NCBI GenBank assembly: GCA_965214605.1
Contig: OZ243961.1
Coordinates: forward strand, 3,520,001 to 3,584,000
Origin: an uncultured Candidatus Binatia bacterium
Lineage (GTDB): Bacteria > Desulfobacterota > Binatia > Bin18
Reading direction: 5' to 3'
DNA: 64,000 nucleotides
Of this stretch, positions 18,780 through 28,297 are shown one piece after another. Position 1 is the stretch's first letter. The number at the start of each line of letters is the position of its first letter. A program made the position numbers and the translations under genes. The notes beneath the pieces were generated by a model. That model made no database searches. It had not been told where the DNA came from and saw nothing but the letters and a program-made list of their open reading frames with translations.

Positions 18780-18901
18780 AACTATTCTACCATATGCCTT
18801 CGCCTGCAGCTTGACAAGTCATCGCGGCCGTCTCTGGACAAGCCGTGGGGCTTTTGTTATGTCCCCTCGCAAAGACGGAGCGAGACGAGAGGGAGTAGTC
18901 T

Positions 18902-20485
18902 ATGCCGAGTGTCAGCCGGGCGCTGATCAGTGTGAGCGATAAACGTGGAGTGGTTGAATTTGCCCGTGGTCTGATTGCTCTCGGTATTGAGATTGTGTCA
19001 ACCGGTGGAACTGCCCAAGCCTTGTCCGAGGCTGGGGTGAGAGTTGTTCCGGTCGAGGACGTCACCGGTTTTCCGGAGATGCTTGATGGGCGGGTCAAGA
19101 CCTTACACCCGCATGTCCACGCCGGAATTTTGCACCGCCGTGATGATCCCGGTCATGTACGAGAGATGAACAAAAGCGGCCTACAGCCGATCGACCTGGT
19201 GGTCGTCAATCTCTACCCCTTCGAGCAAACGATCGCTCGCCCGGATTGCTCGTTTGCCGAGGCGATTGAGAATATTGATATTGGTGGGCCGTCGTTGCTG
19301 CGGGCAGCGGCCAAGAATCATGCCGATGTTGGGGTGGTGGTTGATCCGGACGATTATCCTCAGATCCTGACCGCTCTCCAGACCGGCGGCCTATCGGTTG
19401 AGCAGAGCCTTGAGTTGGCCAAAAAAGCGTTTCGGCTGACCGCACGCTACGATGCGGCAATCGCCGATTATTTGGGCGGTCTCAACGGTGACGAAGACGC
19501 ACCGTTTGGCGAGACCGTGCACTTCCAATACGTCAAAGTGCAAGACTTACGCTACGGCGAGAACCCCCACCAACGGGCTGCGTTTTATCGTGCTCCAGAG
19601 ATTCGGGAGGCGTGTATTGCCAATGCCCACCAACTGCAGGGCAAAGAACTGTCGTTTAATAATATCGTTGATGCCAACGCGGCCTTTGAGCTGTTGCACG
19701 AGTTTGATCGGACGGCGGCAGTCGCCGTTAAGCACACCAACCCGTGCGGCGTAGCCACGTCCGAGACCTCGCTGGCCGAGGCCTTCCGTAAGGCCCGGGC
19801 GTGTGATCCGGTCTCTATTTTTGGGGGTATTGTCGGGTTCAACCGTGAGCTTGATCCGGACACGGTCCGAGAGATTCTGGATTTATATCAACACGGATTT
19901 CTGGAGATTATCATTGCGCCGGGCTTTTCTGGGCAAGCGCTCGCCATGCTGGCCTCGTCAAAGCGGCTGCGGAATATCCGGTTGCTTGAAATCCCGTCTT
20001 TGGCCGATCCCCAGCCCGCCCGCTTCGAGGCTAAACCGGTTGTTGGTGGGCTGCTGCTCCAGGATCGCGACCGTGGTCGCATCCGAGTCGAAGACTGCCA
20101 GGTAGTGACCAAGCGCCGCCCAAGCGCCGAGGAGTATCGGGCCCTGGACTTTGCCTGGCGGATCTGCAAACATGTCAAGTCAAACGCCATCGTTCTAACC
20201 GGGCCGGATCAGATCGTCGGGGTTGGGGCGGGTCAGATGAGCCGGGTTGATTCGGCCAAGATCGCCGTGTCTCGGGCGCATGACTTAGGGCTTGAAACCC
20301 GCGGCTCGGTGGTTGGTTCGGATGCCTTTTTTCCCTTTCGTGACGGCCTCGATGTGACGGCTACGGCCGGGGCAACGGCGGTGATTCAGCCCGGCGGCAG
20401 CCTGCGCGATAAAGAAGTCATTGCCGCGGCCGACGAACACGGCATGGCGATGGTCTTTGCCGGCATGCGCCATTTTCGGCACTAG
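18902..20485 (+). CDS. purH: Bifunctional AICAR transformylase/IMP cyclohydrolase
   Basis: [33 protein letters not shown] and SDAFFPF motifs. Confidence 0.97.
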   Translation: MPSVSRALISVSDKRGVVEFARGLIALGIEIVSTGGTAQALSEAGVRVVPVEDVTGFPEMLDGRVKTLHPHVHAGILHRRDDPGHVREMNKSGLQPIDLVVVNLYPFEQTIARPDCSFAEAIENIDIGGPSLLRAAAKNHADVGVVVDPDDYPQILTALQTGGLSVEQSLELAKKAFRLTARYDAAIADYLGGLNGDEDAPFGETVHFQYVKVQDLRYGENPHQRAAFYRAPEIREACIANAHQLQGKELSFNNIVDANAAFELLHEFDRTAAVAVKHTNPCGVATSETSLAEAFRKARACDPVSIFGGIVGFNRELDPDTVREILDLYQHGFLEIIIAPGFSGQALAMLASSKRLRNIRLLEIPSLADPQPARFEAKPVVGGLLLQDRDRGRIRVEDCQVVTKRRPSAEEYRALDFAWRICKHVKSNAIVLTGPDQIVGVGAGQMSRVDSAKIAVSRAHDLGLETRGSVVGSDAFFPFRDGLDVTATAGATAVIQPGGSLRDKEVIAAADEHGMAMVFAGMRHFRH

Positions 20486-20486
20486 C

Positions 20487-21773
20487 ATGAGAGTTCTTGT
20501 CATTGGTGGTGGGGGCCGTGAACATGCGCTGGTGTGGAAGATTCACCACAGTCCGCGCGTGTCTCAGATCTATTGCGCACCCGGTAATCCGGGCATGGAT
20601 GACTTGGCTGAGCGAGTCGCCCTCACACCCGAAGACATTGCAGGTCTGGTGCGCTTTGCCCAACACCGGCGTATCGATCTGACTGTGGTCGGACCCGAAC
20701 TGCCGCTGAGTCTGGGTGTTGTTGACGCTTTTGAGGCGGCCGGGCTGCGTATCTTTGGTCCGCGGCGTCAAGCCGCGCAGCTGGAGGCGAGCAAAGCTTT
20801 TGCCCGGGAGTTGATGCACGACCAGGGGATCGCCTCACCCGCGTTTCACTCCTGTACTGACCCGGACGAGGCGCGTCGCTATGTGGCCAGTGTCGGCGCG
20901 CCGCTCGTTGTCAAGGCCGATGGTTTAGCTGCCGGCAAAGGCGTGGTGGTCTGCCCCACGCTTGAGGAAGCTTACGCGGCGATTGATCATATGATGCGGG
21001 CGCGGGCCTTTGGCACGGCCGGGGACCGCGTGGTGATTGAAGAGTTCCTGGAAGGTGAAGAAGTTTCGTTTCTGGCCTTGAGCGACGGCACAAGTGTGGT
21101 CCCGTTGGCGTCCTCCCAGGATCATAAGCGCGTTTTTGACGCCGACCAGGGTCCAAATACCGGCGGTATGGGCGCGTATTCTCCGGCTCCGGTGGTGACG
21201 CCCCAGCTGTCCGAACAGATTATAGATGAGATTGTATACCCTACCCTAGACGGGTTGAGACGGCGTGGCCTTGTCTACAAAGGGGTCTTATACGCGGGGC
21301 TGATGATAACCCAGGAGGGCCCCAAGGTGCTCGAATTTAACATCCGTTTTGGCGACCCGGAATGCCAGCCGCTGATGCTCCGTCTCAAGTCTGATTTGGT
21401 CGAGGTGATGGAAGCGGTGATTGATGAACGCCTCGACGAGGTATCCTTGGTGTGGGATGAGCGTCCGGCCGTGTGTGTGGTGCTGGCAGCCGACGGCTAC
21501 CCTGGCCGCTATGAAAAAGGTCATCCGATCATCGGCTTGGATACGCTCCACGACTGGTCGGCGGGAGTGGTCTTCCACGCCGGAACGGCAAAATACGACG
21601 ACGACTTTGTCACCAACGGCGGACGGGTGTTGGGTGTGACGGGCTGCGGCCGGGATTTTCGGGCGGCGCTAGCCGACACCTACCGCGCTGTTGAACGGAT
21701 TAGTTGGCCGGGCGTACACTACCGACGGGATATCGGTCGGTGGGCTCTCCGACGCGCTGACTCGCAGCACTAA
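20487..21773 (+). CDS. purD: Phosphoribosylamine-glycine ligase
   Basis: GGGGREHA, KADGLAAGKGV, QDHKR, NTGGMGAY and RFGDPE motifs. Confidence 0.97.
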   Translation: MRVLVIGGGGREHALVWKIHHSPRVSQIYCAPGNPGMDDLAERVALTPEDIAGLVRFAQHRRIDLTVVGPELPLSLGVVDAFEAAGLRIFGPRRQAAQLEASKAFARELMHDQGIASPAFHSCTDPDEARRYVASVGAPLVVKADGLAAGKGVVVCPTLEEAYAAIDHMMRARAFGTAGDRVVIEEFLEGEEVSFLALSDGTSVVPLASSQDHKRVFDADQGPNTGGMGAYSPAPVVTPQLSEQIIDEIVYPTLDGLRRRGLVYKGVLYAGLMITQEGPKVLEFNIRFGDPECQPLMLRLKSDLVEVMEAVIDERLDEVSLVWDERPAVCVVLAADGYPGRYEKGHPIIGLDTLHDWSAGVVFHAGTAKYDDDFVTNGGRVLGVTGCGRDFRAALADTYRAVERISWPGVHYRRDIGRWALRRADSQH

Positions 21774-23065
21774 TGGCACAGATTCGACCCTTTCGCGGCA
21801 TCCGTTATAACCCGGCTGTGGCCGGCGACCTGCAAGCGCTCGTCTGCCCGCCGTATGATGTGATCTCCGAACACCAACAGACCCTGCTCCACAGCCAAAA
21901 CCCCTACAACGCGGTTCATCTTGACCTGAATCAGGCTGCCGAGCGCTATACCACGGCCGCCAAGCTGTGGCACGTCTGGCGGGACAAACGGGTCTTGATG
22001 CAGGATCCGGAACCTTCGCTGTACGTCTACAGCCAGGACTTCAGTCTGCCTGATGGCAGCTCGCGTCGCCGCACCGGGATCTTATCCGCCGTCCGGCTCG
22101 AAGAGTTCTCCAGCGGTGTCATTCGTCCCCACGAACAAACCTTTGAGGACGCCAAAAAAGATCGCCTGGCTTTACTCAGAGTGTGTCAGGCACAGCTCAG
22201 CCCGGTGTTTTTGTTGTACGCGCGTAACTGGTCGATTGAACGGGTATTGGCTGCGGAACTGACCACCCGGCCGATTATCGCCGTCACAGACGGACAGGGT
22301 AACCGACACACGGTCTGGCGGGTGACGAACTCGGCTCTGATCGCCGAAGTAGTAGCGGGTTTATCCGCGGAGTCATTGATTATTGCTGACGGCCATCATC
22401 GGTATGAGACTGCTCTACGCTATTGCCACGAAAACCTTGGGGCCCATACGGCACCCGACGCCGCATTGCGGTACGTCTTGGCGTATGTGACCAATGCCGA
22501 GGACGAAGGCGTGGTGATTCTGCCCACCCACCGCTTGGTTCACGACGCGCCCCTGCCGAGTGTGGATGAGCTGCGGGCTGTTTTCAGCAGGCACTTTTGG
22601 CTCCGGTCCTATGCCCGGGCTGATGAGTTCTTTGCTGCCTTACAAGATGATGTGGGTGACTCGGAGCGACGGATTGGCTGTATGCTAGCCGGTGCCGAAC
22701 AGTATTGGTTGTTGTCCTTTGATGAACGTATCAATTGGAACTCAGACAGATCTGCTGCCCTGCGGGCTATAGACGTGACAGTCCTACACGATGTACTTCT
22801 TCAGCGTATTTTGAACCTCACGCCCGAGCAACAAGAAGAAACGGTCTCATACACGAGCAGCGCACGAGAAGCCCTGCAAGCGGTGACCGAGCGGCGCTGT
22901 CAAGCCGCCTTTTTTCTAAACCCAACTCCGTATCAACAGGTTCAACAGGTGTGTATTGGAGGGGAGACCATGCCCCACAAATCAACCTATTTTTATCCTA
23001 AACTCTTAACCGGCCTGGTATTCTACAATCTTGCAACCAACGCAGGGGAATGGGCAAGGTTTTGA
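21773..23065 (+). CDS. DUF1015 family protein
   Basis: PPYDVI, PHEQT, IADGHHRY, PTHR and MPHKSTYFYPK motifs. Confidence 0.88.
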   Translation: MAQIRPFRGIRYNPAVAGDLQALVCPPYDVISEHQQTLLHSQNPYNAVHLDLNQAAERYTTAAKLWHVWRDKRVLMQDPEPSLYVYSQDFSLPDGSSRRRTGILSAVRLEEFSSGVIRPHEQTFEDAKKDRLALLRVCQAQLSPVFLLYARNWSIERVLAAELTTRPIIAVTDGQGNRHTVWRVTNSALIAEVVAGLSAESLIIADGHHRYETALRYCHENLGAHTAPDAALRYVLAYVTNAEDEGVVILPTHRLVHDAPLPSVDELRAVFSRHFWLRSYARADEFFAALQDDVGDSERRIGCMLAGAEQYWLLSFDERINWNSDRSAALRAIDVTVLHDVLLQRILNLTPEQQEETVSYTSSAREALQAVTERRCQAAFFLNPTPYQQVQQVCIGGETMPHKSTYFYPKLLTGLVFYNLATNAGEWARF

Positions 23066-23077
23066 ACCTTGCCTTTT
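23053..23077 (+). terminator. Rho-independent terminator of purH-purD-DUF1015
   Basis: GGCAAGGTT-TTG-AACCTTGCC followed by TTTT, overlapping the stop codon. Confidence 0.6.
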
Positions 23078-23107
23078 GACTTCAGAACCGGGGAGGACGC
23101 CTGTGGT

Positions 23108-23710
23108 CTAATAGCGGCGCCGTCCGCCTCCACGCCGCTCTGCCGGCCGGGCTTCGTTCACTTTGAGCACGCGTCCAAGCTGTGTCTGGCCGTCAAAGCG
23201 CTTGATGGCCGCTTCGGCCTCCTCTTTTGAACCCATCTCAACAAAGGCAAACCCTTTGGATTGACCGGTCCCGCGGTCCGTCACCAGACTGACGCTAGCC
23301 ACGGTTCCGGCTTCTTTGAGCAACGTCTCAACGTCTGAAGCGCTGGCACTATAGGGCAGATTGCCAACAAACAGCCGGGTCCCGCGTGAACGTGGTGGAC
23401 CGCCCGACGAGCGGCCGGCATCTCCTCCATCAGACCGTGGACCTCTGCCTCTCGGACCTCCGCGCATCAGGCTGGCTTCGTTGACAACGAGGTTCTTGCC
23501 CTCAATCTCGCGACCGTTGAGAGCCGTTATGGCGGCTTGGGCGTCTTCGTTGTTGGCCATCTCGACAAAGCCAAAGCCACGCGACCAACCGGTTGCTGGA
23601 TCGGTGATCAGCTCGGCCGTGGCGATCGTACCAAATGGGGTGAACAAGTCTTCCAATTCAGGAAAACACAGACGCGAGGGCAGATTTCCAACGTAGAGCC
23701 GTGTGCTCAA
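23108..23710 (-). CDS. RNA-binding protein with two RRM domains
   Basis: Two RNP2/RNP1 pairs (LYVGNL/RGFGFVEM and LFVGNL/KGFAFVEM) joined by a Gly/Arg linker; TTG start after GGAGG. Confidence 0.9.
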   Translation of the reverse strand: MSTRLYVGNLPSRLCFPELEDLFTPFGTIATAELITDPATGWSRGFGFVEMANNEDAQAAITALNGREIEGKNLVVNEASLMRGGPRGRGPRSDGGDAGRSSGGPPRSRGTRLFVGNLPYSASASDVETLLKEAGTVASVSLVTDRGTGQSKGFAFVEMGSKEEAEAAIKRFDGQTQLGRVLKVNEARPAERRGGGRRRY

Positions 23711-23758
23711 TACAACCTCCCTGTCTAATGCATAGGCCGACGGACATGAGTCTCTGGG

Positions 23759-24046
23759 CTACCAGCGCTCGCGGCCCTCACCGCGTGGTCCGCGCGGTTC
23801 CTTGGGTTTGGCCTCGTTGACCGTCAGCGGTCGTCCGTTCAGTTCGTATTCATGGAAGCGTTCTATGGCTGCCTGCGCTTCTTCATCAGTGCCCATTTCC
23901 ACAAAACCAAAGCCGCGTGAACGACCGGTAAATTTATCCATAATGATATTCACCGATGTCACAGCACCTGACTGAGCAAAGAGTTCTTCGAGATCTTGAT
24001 TGGTCGTGCTAAAGGGTAGATTTCCAACAAAAAGTTTGTTTGCCAC
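23759..24046 (-). CDS. Single-RRM RNA-binding protein
   Basis: LFVGNL, RGFGFVEM and VNEAKP motifs; GTG start after GGAGGA. Confidence 0.93.
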   Translation of the reverse strand: MANKLFVGNLPFSTTNQDLEELFAQSGAVTSVNIIMDKFTGRSRGFGFVEMGTDEEAQAAIERFHEYELNGRPLTVNEAKPKEPRGPRGEGRERW

Positions 24047-24065
24047 GTTTTTCCTCCGTCGTGGT

Positions 24066-24106
24066 AAAAAAAGGCCCGGGAACCTATGAGTGGGTTCCTG
24101 GGCCTT
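24066..24106 (-). terminator. Intrinsic terminator-like hairpin inside the RRM gene leader
   Basis: AAGGCCCAGGAACC-8 nt-GGTTCCCGGGCC followed by T7, just upstream of the RBS. Confidence 0.65.
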
Positions 24107-24160
24107 CGCTCTCGAACCAACTCACTCAGCGAATAGACAAAGTCAGCTAGTGACCACTCG

Positions 24161-24189
24161 ACTATAGCAAATTCTGATCGGTGAGACAA
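24161..24189 (-). promoter_or_regulatory. Sigma70 promoter for RRM genes
   Basis: TTGTCT-17 nt-TATAGT with an extended -10 TGn. Confidence 0.6.
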
Positions 24190-24251
24190 TGGAAAAGATA
24201 GAGGCGAAAGACCCCGGCCTGAGAAAAGCACGCTTTCTGTAGTACGGATAG

Positions 24252-24800
24252 CTATCCCTGAGCTTGGCTGGCAGCGGTAAACAGCTTGCGTATATCCCAC
24301 AGGACAACGGCGCCGACTAACACGACCTGGGGCGAATCGTTAATCTGGGCGTACAGGCTGCTCTGGACCGGATTACGGGTGCCGATCTGTAAGCGGCGCG
24401 TTTCCTGGCCGTTCAACTGGAGAGTAATTGAGGCCCGGGGCGGTTTGAGGCCGTATTCGCCCAGCTCTTCCTGTATCCCTTCGACGTCGCCAAGGTGGAT
24501 TAACTTGCCGAGATTGCTCAGAAAGTCTTGGACTGCCTCGGTACGGACCGACATCCCGGTTGCGACGAGGTGCCAGCCGTCTTGGCTGCGCTGGCAGACT
24601 AGGCGTTGCTGGTTATACACAAGCTCAATCTGGGTGACCTCTTCAGCCGTAAAGTTCAGGGCCGGGCGTTCTCGGTCAGCCACGGCTTGGGAACCACTGA
24701 GGGGACGGCTTCCGGGAGTGCTGAGATAGGTATAGCTGCCTAAGATCAGAGCGACTAGTCCCAGCACAATAACCCGCCGACTTTCTGCTGACGGCCTCAT
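24252..24800 (-). CDS. DUF4340 domain-containing membrane-anchored protein
   Basis: N-terminal TM segment, EYGLKPP and IGTRNP...LYA motifs; follows GldG-like gene. Confidence 0.75.
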   Translation of the reverse strand: MRPSAESRRVIVLGLVALILGSYTYLSTPGSRPLSGSQAVADRERPALNFTAEEVTQIELVYNQQRLVCQRSQDGWHLVATGMSVRTEAVQDFLSNLGKLIHLGDVEGIQEELGEYGLKPPRASITLQLNGQETRRLQIGTRNPVQSSLYAQINDSPQVVLVGAVVLWDIRKLFTAASQAQG

Positions 24801-26209
24801 CCGCGTTTTCTCCGTTGAACGGCAACAAATAGGCCGAGGGACAGGACCACGGCAGGTTCGAGGACGACCATCAACCAGAAGAAGCGATTCTTCTGCAACT
24901 CGGATAAATACAAGCTCTGGCGGGGAGTTGAGACCCGTTTTTGGTCGGGGATGCCGCCTGGGTTGCGGCCCATGCTAATCAGCTGTTGGCGTCCTAACAT
25001 CCAGCCGACTGTATTCATGAAGAAGTCGACATTGCCAGGAATACGGACATAAAAATTATTCACAAAGTCCGAATCGCCCAATACGACTAGTTTGCCCGAC
25101 CGTTCGGCACCGATCTCAGCGACCGCTGCGACCGGGATGGGGCCGCGTTCGTCCTCGCCCTCTTTGAAATACAGCCCCTCTTGTTCGGCACGGTCTCTAT
25201 TCTTGAGGGCCCAACTGCCCTCGCTGGAAAAGGCAAATGGGATGGCCTGGCCGTCCTGAACACGGATCGGACGGGTGTAGGGCAGAATTGGCGAGCCGCT
25301 TAAACGGCGCGGAAAAATTTCTTCGGCAAAATCCGAGATAATCGGCATCAGTGGCTCTCCACCCGCCACGCCGCGTTCTTCATCAATCACCACGTCTTCA
25401 TCAAGGCGCAACCCGAACTGAGTCAGGTAGGCGGACAGATGGGGCACGGTGAAGGGATCGAGCATCAAGAAGGTGTTACCGCCGGCTTCGAGATAGCCCG
25501 TGAGGGCCGTTAACTCGGCCGGCGCCAGATCTTCCTTGGGACCGCTGACAATGACGAGGTCGGCGTCGGGCGGGACCTGTTGTGTCTGGAGCAGAGCCAG
25601 AGGACGGACCTGATAGTTTTCGGTTTCCAGGACCTGCCGGACCACTCCATACCCGTTGCGTTCTTGGCTATCGCCCGGATTATTCTCGCCGTGACCAACT
25701 AGGAAGTAGACGGTTTTCTGACGCTGGGAGACGCGTAGCAGCGCGTTCAACATGCGTTCTTCGTCCACCATAGGGAGGGTCACCCGGTTGTCCGCCGACT
25801 CCAGAATGACCGTTCCGTAGGCTGTTACCCCATGGCGTTGGGCCAGACCCGGGGTGCGGTCCAGATCGTATAAACGGTACTGGAACAGCCTGTTTTCCTG
25901 GTGCATCAGGCTGAGCAGCTCATCGTGCTTTTCGCGGTCGCCGCGTCGGTAAAAGACGGTGGCTTGGATGGGGAAGGTGATAGTGTCCAAGATTTGTACC
26001 GTGATGGGAGCTAGGCTGTATTTTTGGCTGGGAGTGAGATCAAAGCGTACATTCCAACGGCTGAACAGGCTGCCCAGCGAAAAGACGATCACCAACACGA
26101 GCCCGATCTCAAGCCCTAACAGGCAGCCACGCCGAACGGTCTCTGCGCCCGGCCACAGACCAGTACCGAGGGTCGATACACCGAGGTCTTCTAACGTGTC
26201 CCGCGCCAT
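24797..26209 (-). CDS. GldG-like ABC transporter auxiliary component
   Basis: RFDLT, VYFLVGHGE, GDSDF and NVDFFMN motifs; TM segments at both ends. Confidence 0.85.
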   Translation of the reverse strand: MARDTLEDLGVSTLGTGLWPGAETVRRGCLLGLEIGLVLVIVFSLGSLFSRWNVRFDLTPSQKYSLAPITVQILDTITFPIQATVFYRRGDREKHDELLSLMHQENRLFQYRLYDLDRTPGLAQRHGVTAYGTVILESADNRVTLPMVDEERMLNALLRVSQRQKTVYFLVGHGENNPGDSQERNGYGVVRQVLETENYQVRPLALLQTQQVPPDADLVIVSGPKEDLAPAELTALTGYLEAGGNTFLMLDPFTVPHLSAYLTQFGLRLDEDVVIDEERGVAGGEPLMPIISDFAEEIFPRRLSGSPILPYTRPIRVQDGQAIPFAFSSEGSWALKNRDRAEQEGLYFKEGEDERGPIPVAAVAEIGAERSGKLVVLGDSDFVNNFYVRIPGNVDFFMNTVGWMLGRQQLISMGRNPGGIPDQKRVSTPRQSLYLSELQKNRFFWLMVVLEPAVVLSLGLFVAVQRRKRG

Positions 26210-26922
26210 TTCCGCGACTCCATGGATCGTAGGGTTAAATATAAAAAGACCAGGGTGACGATCACAAAGAAGAAGACATCTTTGGTATTAATCACACCCT
26301 TCGCAAACGGCTCAAAGCGATCAAACAGGGAAATCCCCAGCAGTTCGTCTCCGACCGCCTCTTCATTCCAGGTTAAAAACCACCACGAGACGAGCACCGC
26401 ATAGGTCGACATGGCGCTGACCAACTGATTTTCGGTCAGCGACGAGATAAACGTGCCGCAGGCAATAAATGACGTACCTAACAGCAGAATACCGAAATAG
26501 CCTGCCAGGGGTGGTCCCCAGGCAAAGGCATGAATCGTTGACAGTAACAGCGGATAGAGCAGGGTGGCGACGACCATCAAGAAAAATACAAAAAAACAGG
26601 CCAAGAACTTGCCCAGAATGATGTGGGAGTCCTTGAGCGGGTAGGTCCACAGTAATTCGATCGTGCCCAGCTTTTTCTCCTCGGCAAACAGGCGCATGGT
26701 CAGCAACGGCAGGATGAGCAGGCTAAAGAAGCGTACGTCCTGAAAATAGTAGAACCACAGCGAGGTGGTGATATCCATAAAGTCACCGAACAGATCATAA
26801 AAAATCATGTCGGTGTAGAAAAAATATCCAGCCAGGACCAGAAAGGCTCCGGACAGAGCATAGGCGATGAACGAACCGTAGTAGAGTTGAAGTTCTTTTT
26901 TGAAAACGCACCAGAATTTCAT
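26191..26922 (-). CDS. GldF-like ABC-2 permease
   Basis: KKELQLY, LTMRLFAEEKKLGTIELL, ILGKF and SSLTENQ motifs. Confidence 0.88.
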   Translation of the reverse strand: MKFWCVFKKELQLYYGSFIAYALSGAFLVLAGYFFYTDMIFYDLFGDFMDITTSLWFYYFQDVRFFSLLILPLLTMRLFAEEKKLGTIELLWTYPLKDSHIILGKFLACFFVFFLMVVATLLYPLLLSTIHAFAWGPPLAGYFGILLLGTSFIACGTFISSLTENQLVSAMSTYAVLVSWWFLTWNEEAVGDELLGISLFDRFEPFAKGVINTKDVFFFVIVTLVFLYLTLRSMESRKWRGTR

Positions 26923-26950
26923 TGTTCTACTCAGGCGAAAGGGGCTGTTC

Positions 26951-27928
26951 CTACTGTCGTTCTTCCTGCGCCGCCTGCCGGACCAACTGCAAATACATAT
27001 CCTCCAGGGTTGGCTCCAGAGAGCGAATTTCCAGCAAACCGCCCCCCTGCTCAAGCACGGTCCGACTAATCTCGGTTCGTACATCCTCCCCCTCATGTTC
27101 AACAATCCAGCACCTGGACCCGTTTCCGTCGGGGTGGATGGCTTCGCTATTCTGGTCCAGACGCACCTGCACCACACCAGGGAGACGGCTCAAGGCTTTT
27201 GGAACAGATTGGGCATGGGTGCCGGTCACCGTAACGCGAACCTGGCGATTTCGGCGCAGCTGGACGCGCAGGGTTTCGAGAGATTCTGAGGCAAGAATAC
27301 GGCCTTGATTGATAATAATGACCCGATCACACACCGAGCTGACCTCGGACAGGATATGGGTCGACAGAATGACTGTCCGCTCTGAGCCCAGATCACGGAT
27401 CAATTTGCGAATCTCCACCACTTGGGCTGGGTCAAGACCAATAGTCGGCTCATCAAGGATCAGGACCTGGGGTTTATGCATCAGAGCTTGGGCAATACCG
27501 ACCCGTTGACGATAGCCCTTAGACAGGTGGCCGATGATGCGGGTACGGACCTCTTGTAAGCCGCACGCTTCCATGACCTCGCCGAGTGCTCTCTTGCGCT
27601 CAGACCGGGGGACGTCTTTTGCCTCAGCCACAAACTTGAGAAAGCTTTGAACCGGCAGGTCGGGATACACCGCTACACGTTCGGGGAAATAGCCGACTAG
27701 CTCTTTGACCTGGTGGGCGTGGGTGACGACGTCATGAGCGCCGACGCTGGCTCGCCCCGAGGTTGGCGGAAAAAAGCCAGCCAAAATACGCATGGTGGTG
27801 CTTTTGCCAGCTCCGTTTGGGCCTAGGAAACCGACCACTTCGCCACGAGAGACCTGAAAGGAAACATTGTCAACGGCCAGAATAGGACCGAAGCGTTTGG
27901 TCACGTTTTCGACGCTAATCATACTCAT
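26951..27928 (-). CDS. GldA-like ABC transporter ATP-binding protein
   Basis: Walker A GPNGAGKS, LSKGYRQR, LILDEPT and STH motifs. Confidence 0.93.
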   Translation of the reverse strand: MSMISVENVTKRFGPILAVDNVSFQVSRGEVVGFLGPNGAGKSTTMRILAGFFPPTSGRASVGAHDVVTHAHQVKELVGYFPERVAVYPDLPVQSFLKFVAEAKDVPRSERKRALGEVMEACGLQEVRTRIIGHLSKGYRQRVGIAQALMHKPQVLILDEPTIGLDPAQVVEIRKLIRDLGSERTVILSTHILSEVSSVCDRVIIINQGRILASESLETLRVQLRRNRQVRVTVTGTHAQSVPKALSRLPGVVQVRLDQNSEAIHPDGNGSRCWIVEHEGEDVRTEISRTVLEQGGGLLEIRSLEPTLEDMYLQLVRQAAQEERQ

Positions 27929-28297
27929 AGTGGCATAACCTCTAAACCGGCACGATTATTCCTTCCTGGTGGGCGGGGAGAGTCTTCGTCATTGGCGCTC
28001 AGCCGACCCCCCGCTTGCCGATGACGGCTTCACCCAAACCGTCTCAAGCAGGCCTTCGCGGTAAGCCCCGCGCAAGGCCCCATACTCATGACTGTATCAG
28101 GCGCGTATCCACTATCATTGCCCATTTTTATCCGAACCCTGTTTCGCCCGCTCCTGCTCCTCTTGCGCAGCCGAACCCCGGCCATCGTAACCAAAAAAAG
28201 ACAGCGCCAAAAGCAACACGGGCGGCGCATCCGCCGCCCGTGGGAGAAGTTCCCGTGGACAAACGCCCACGGGCTTACCAGCTAGGAGTGACTCAAT

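Noticed and set aside
24252-27928. Gliding motility locus
   Set aside because: GldAFG-like ABC systems are widespread in non-gliding bacteria, and no other gld/spr genes are present.
28030-28230. 66-aa ORF in the structured intergenic region
   Set aside because: Starts inside a hairpin, has no RBS, and its composition is not convincing.
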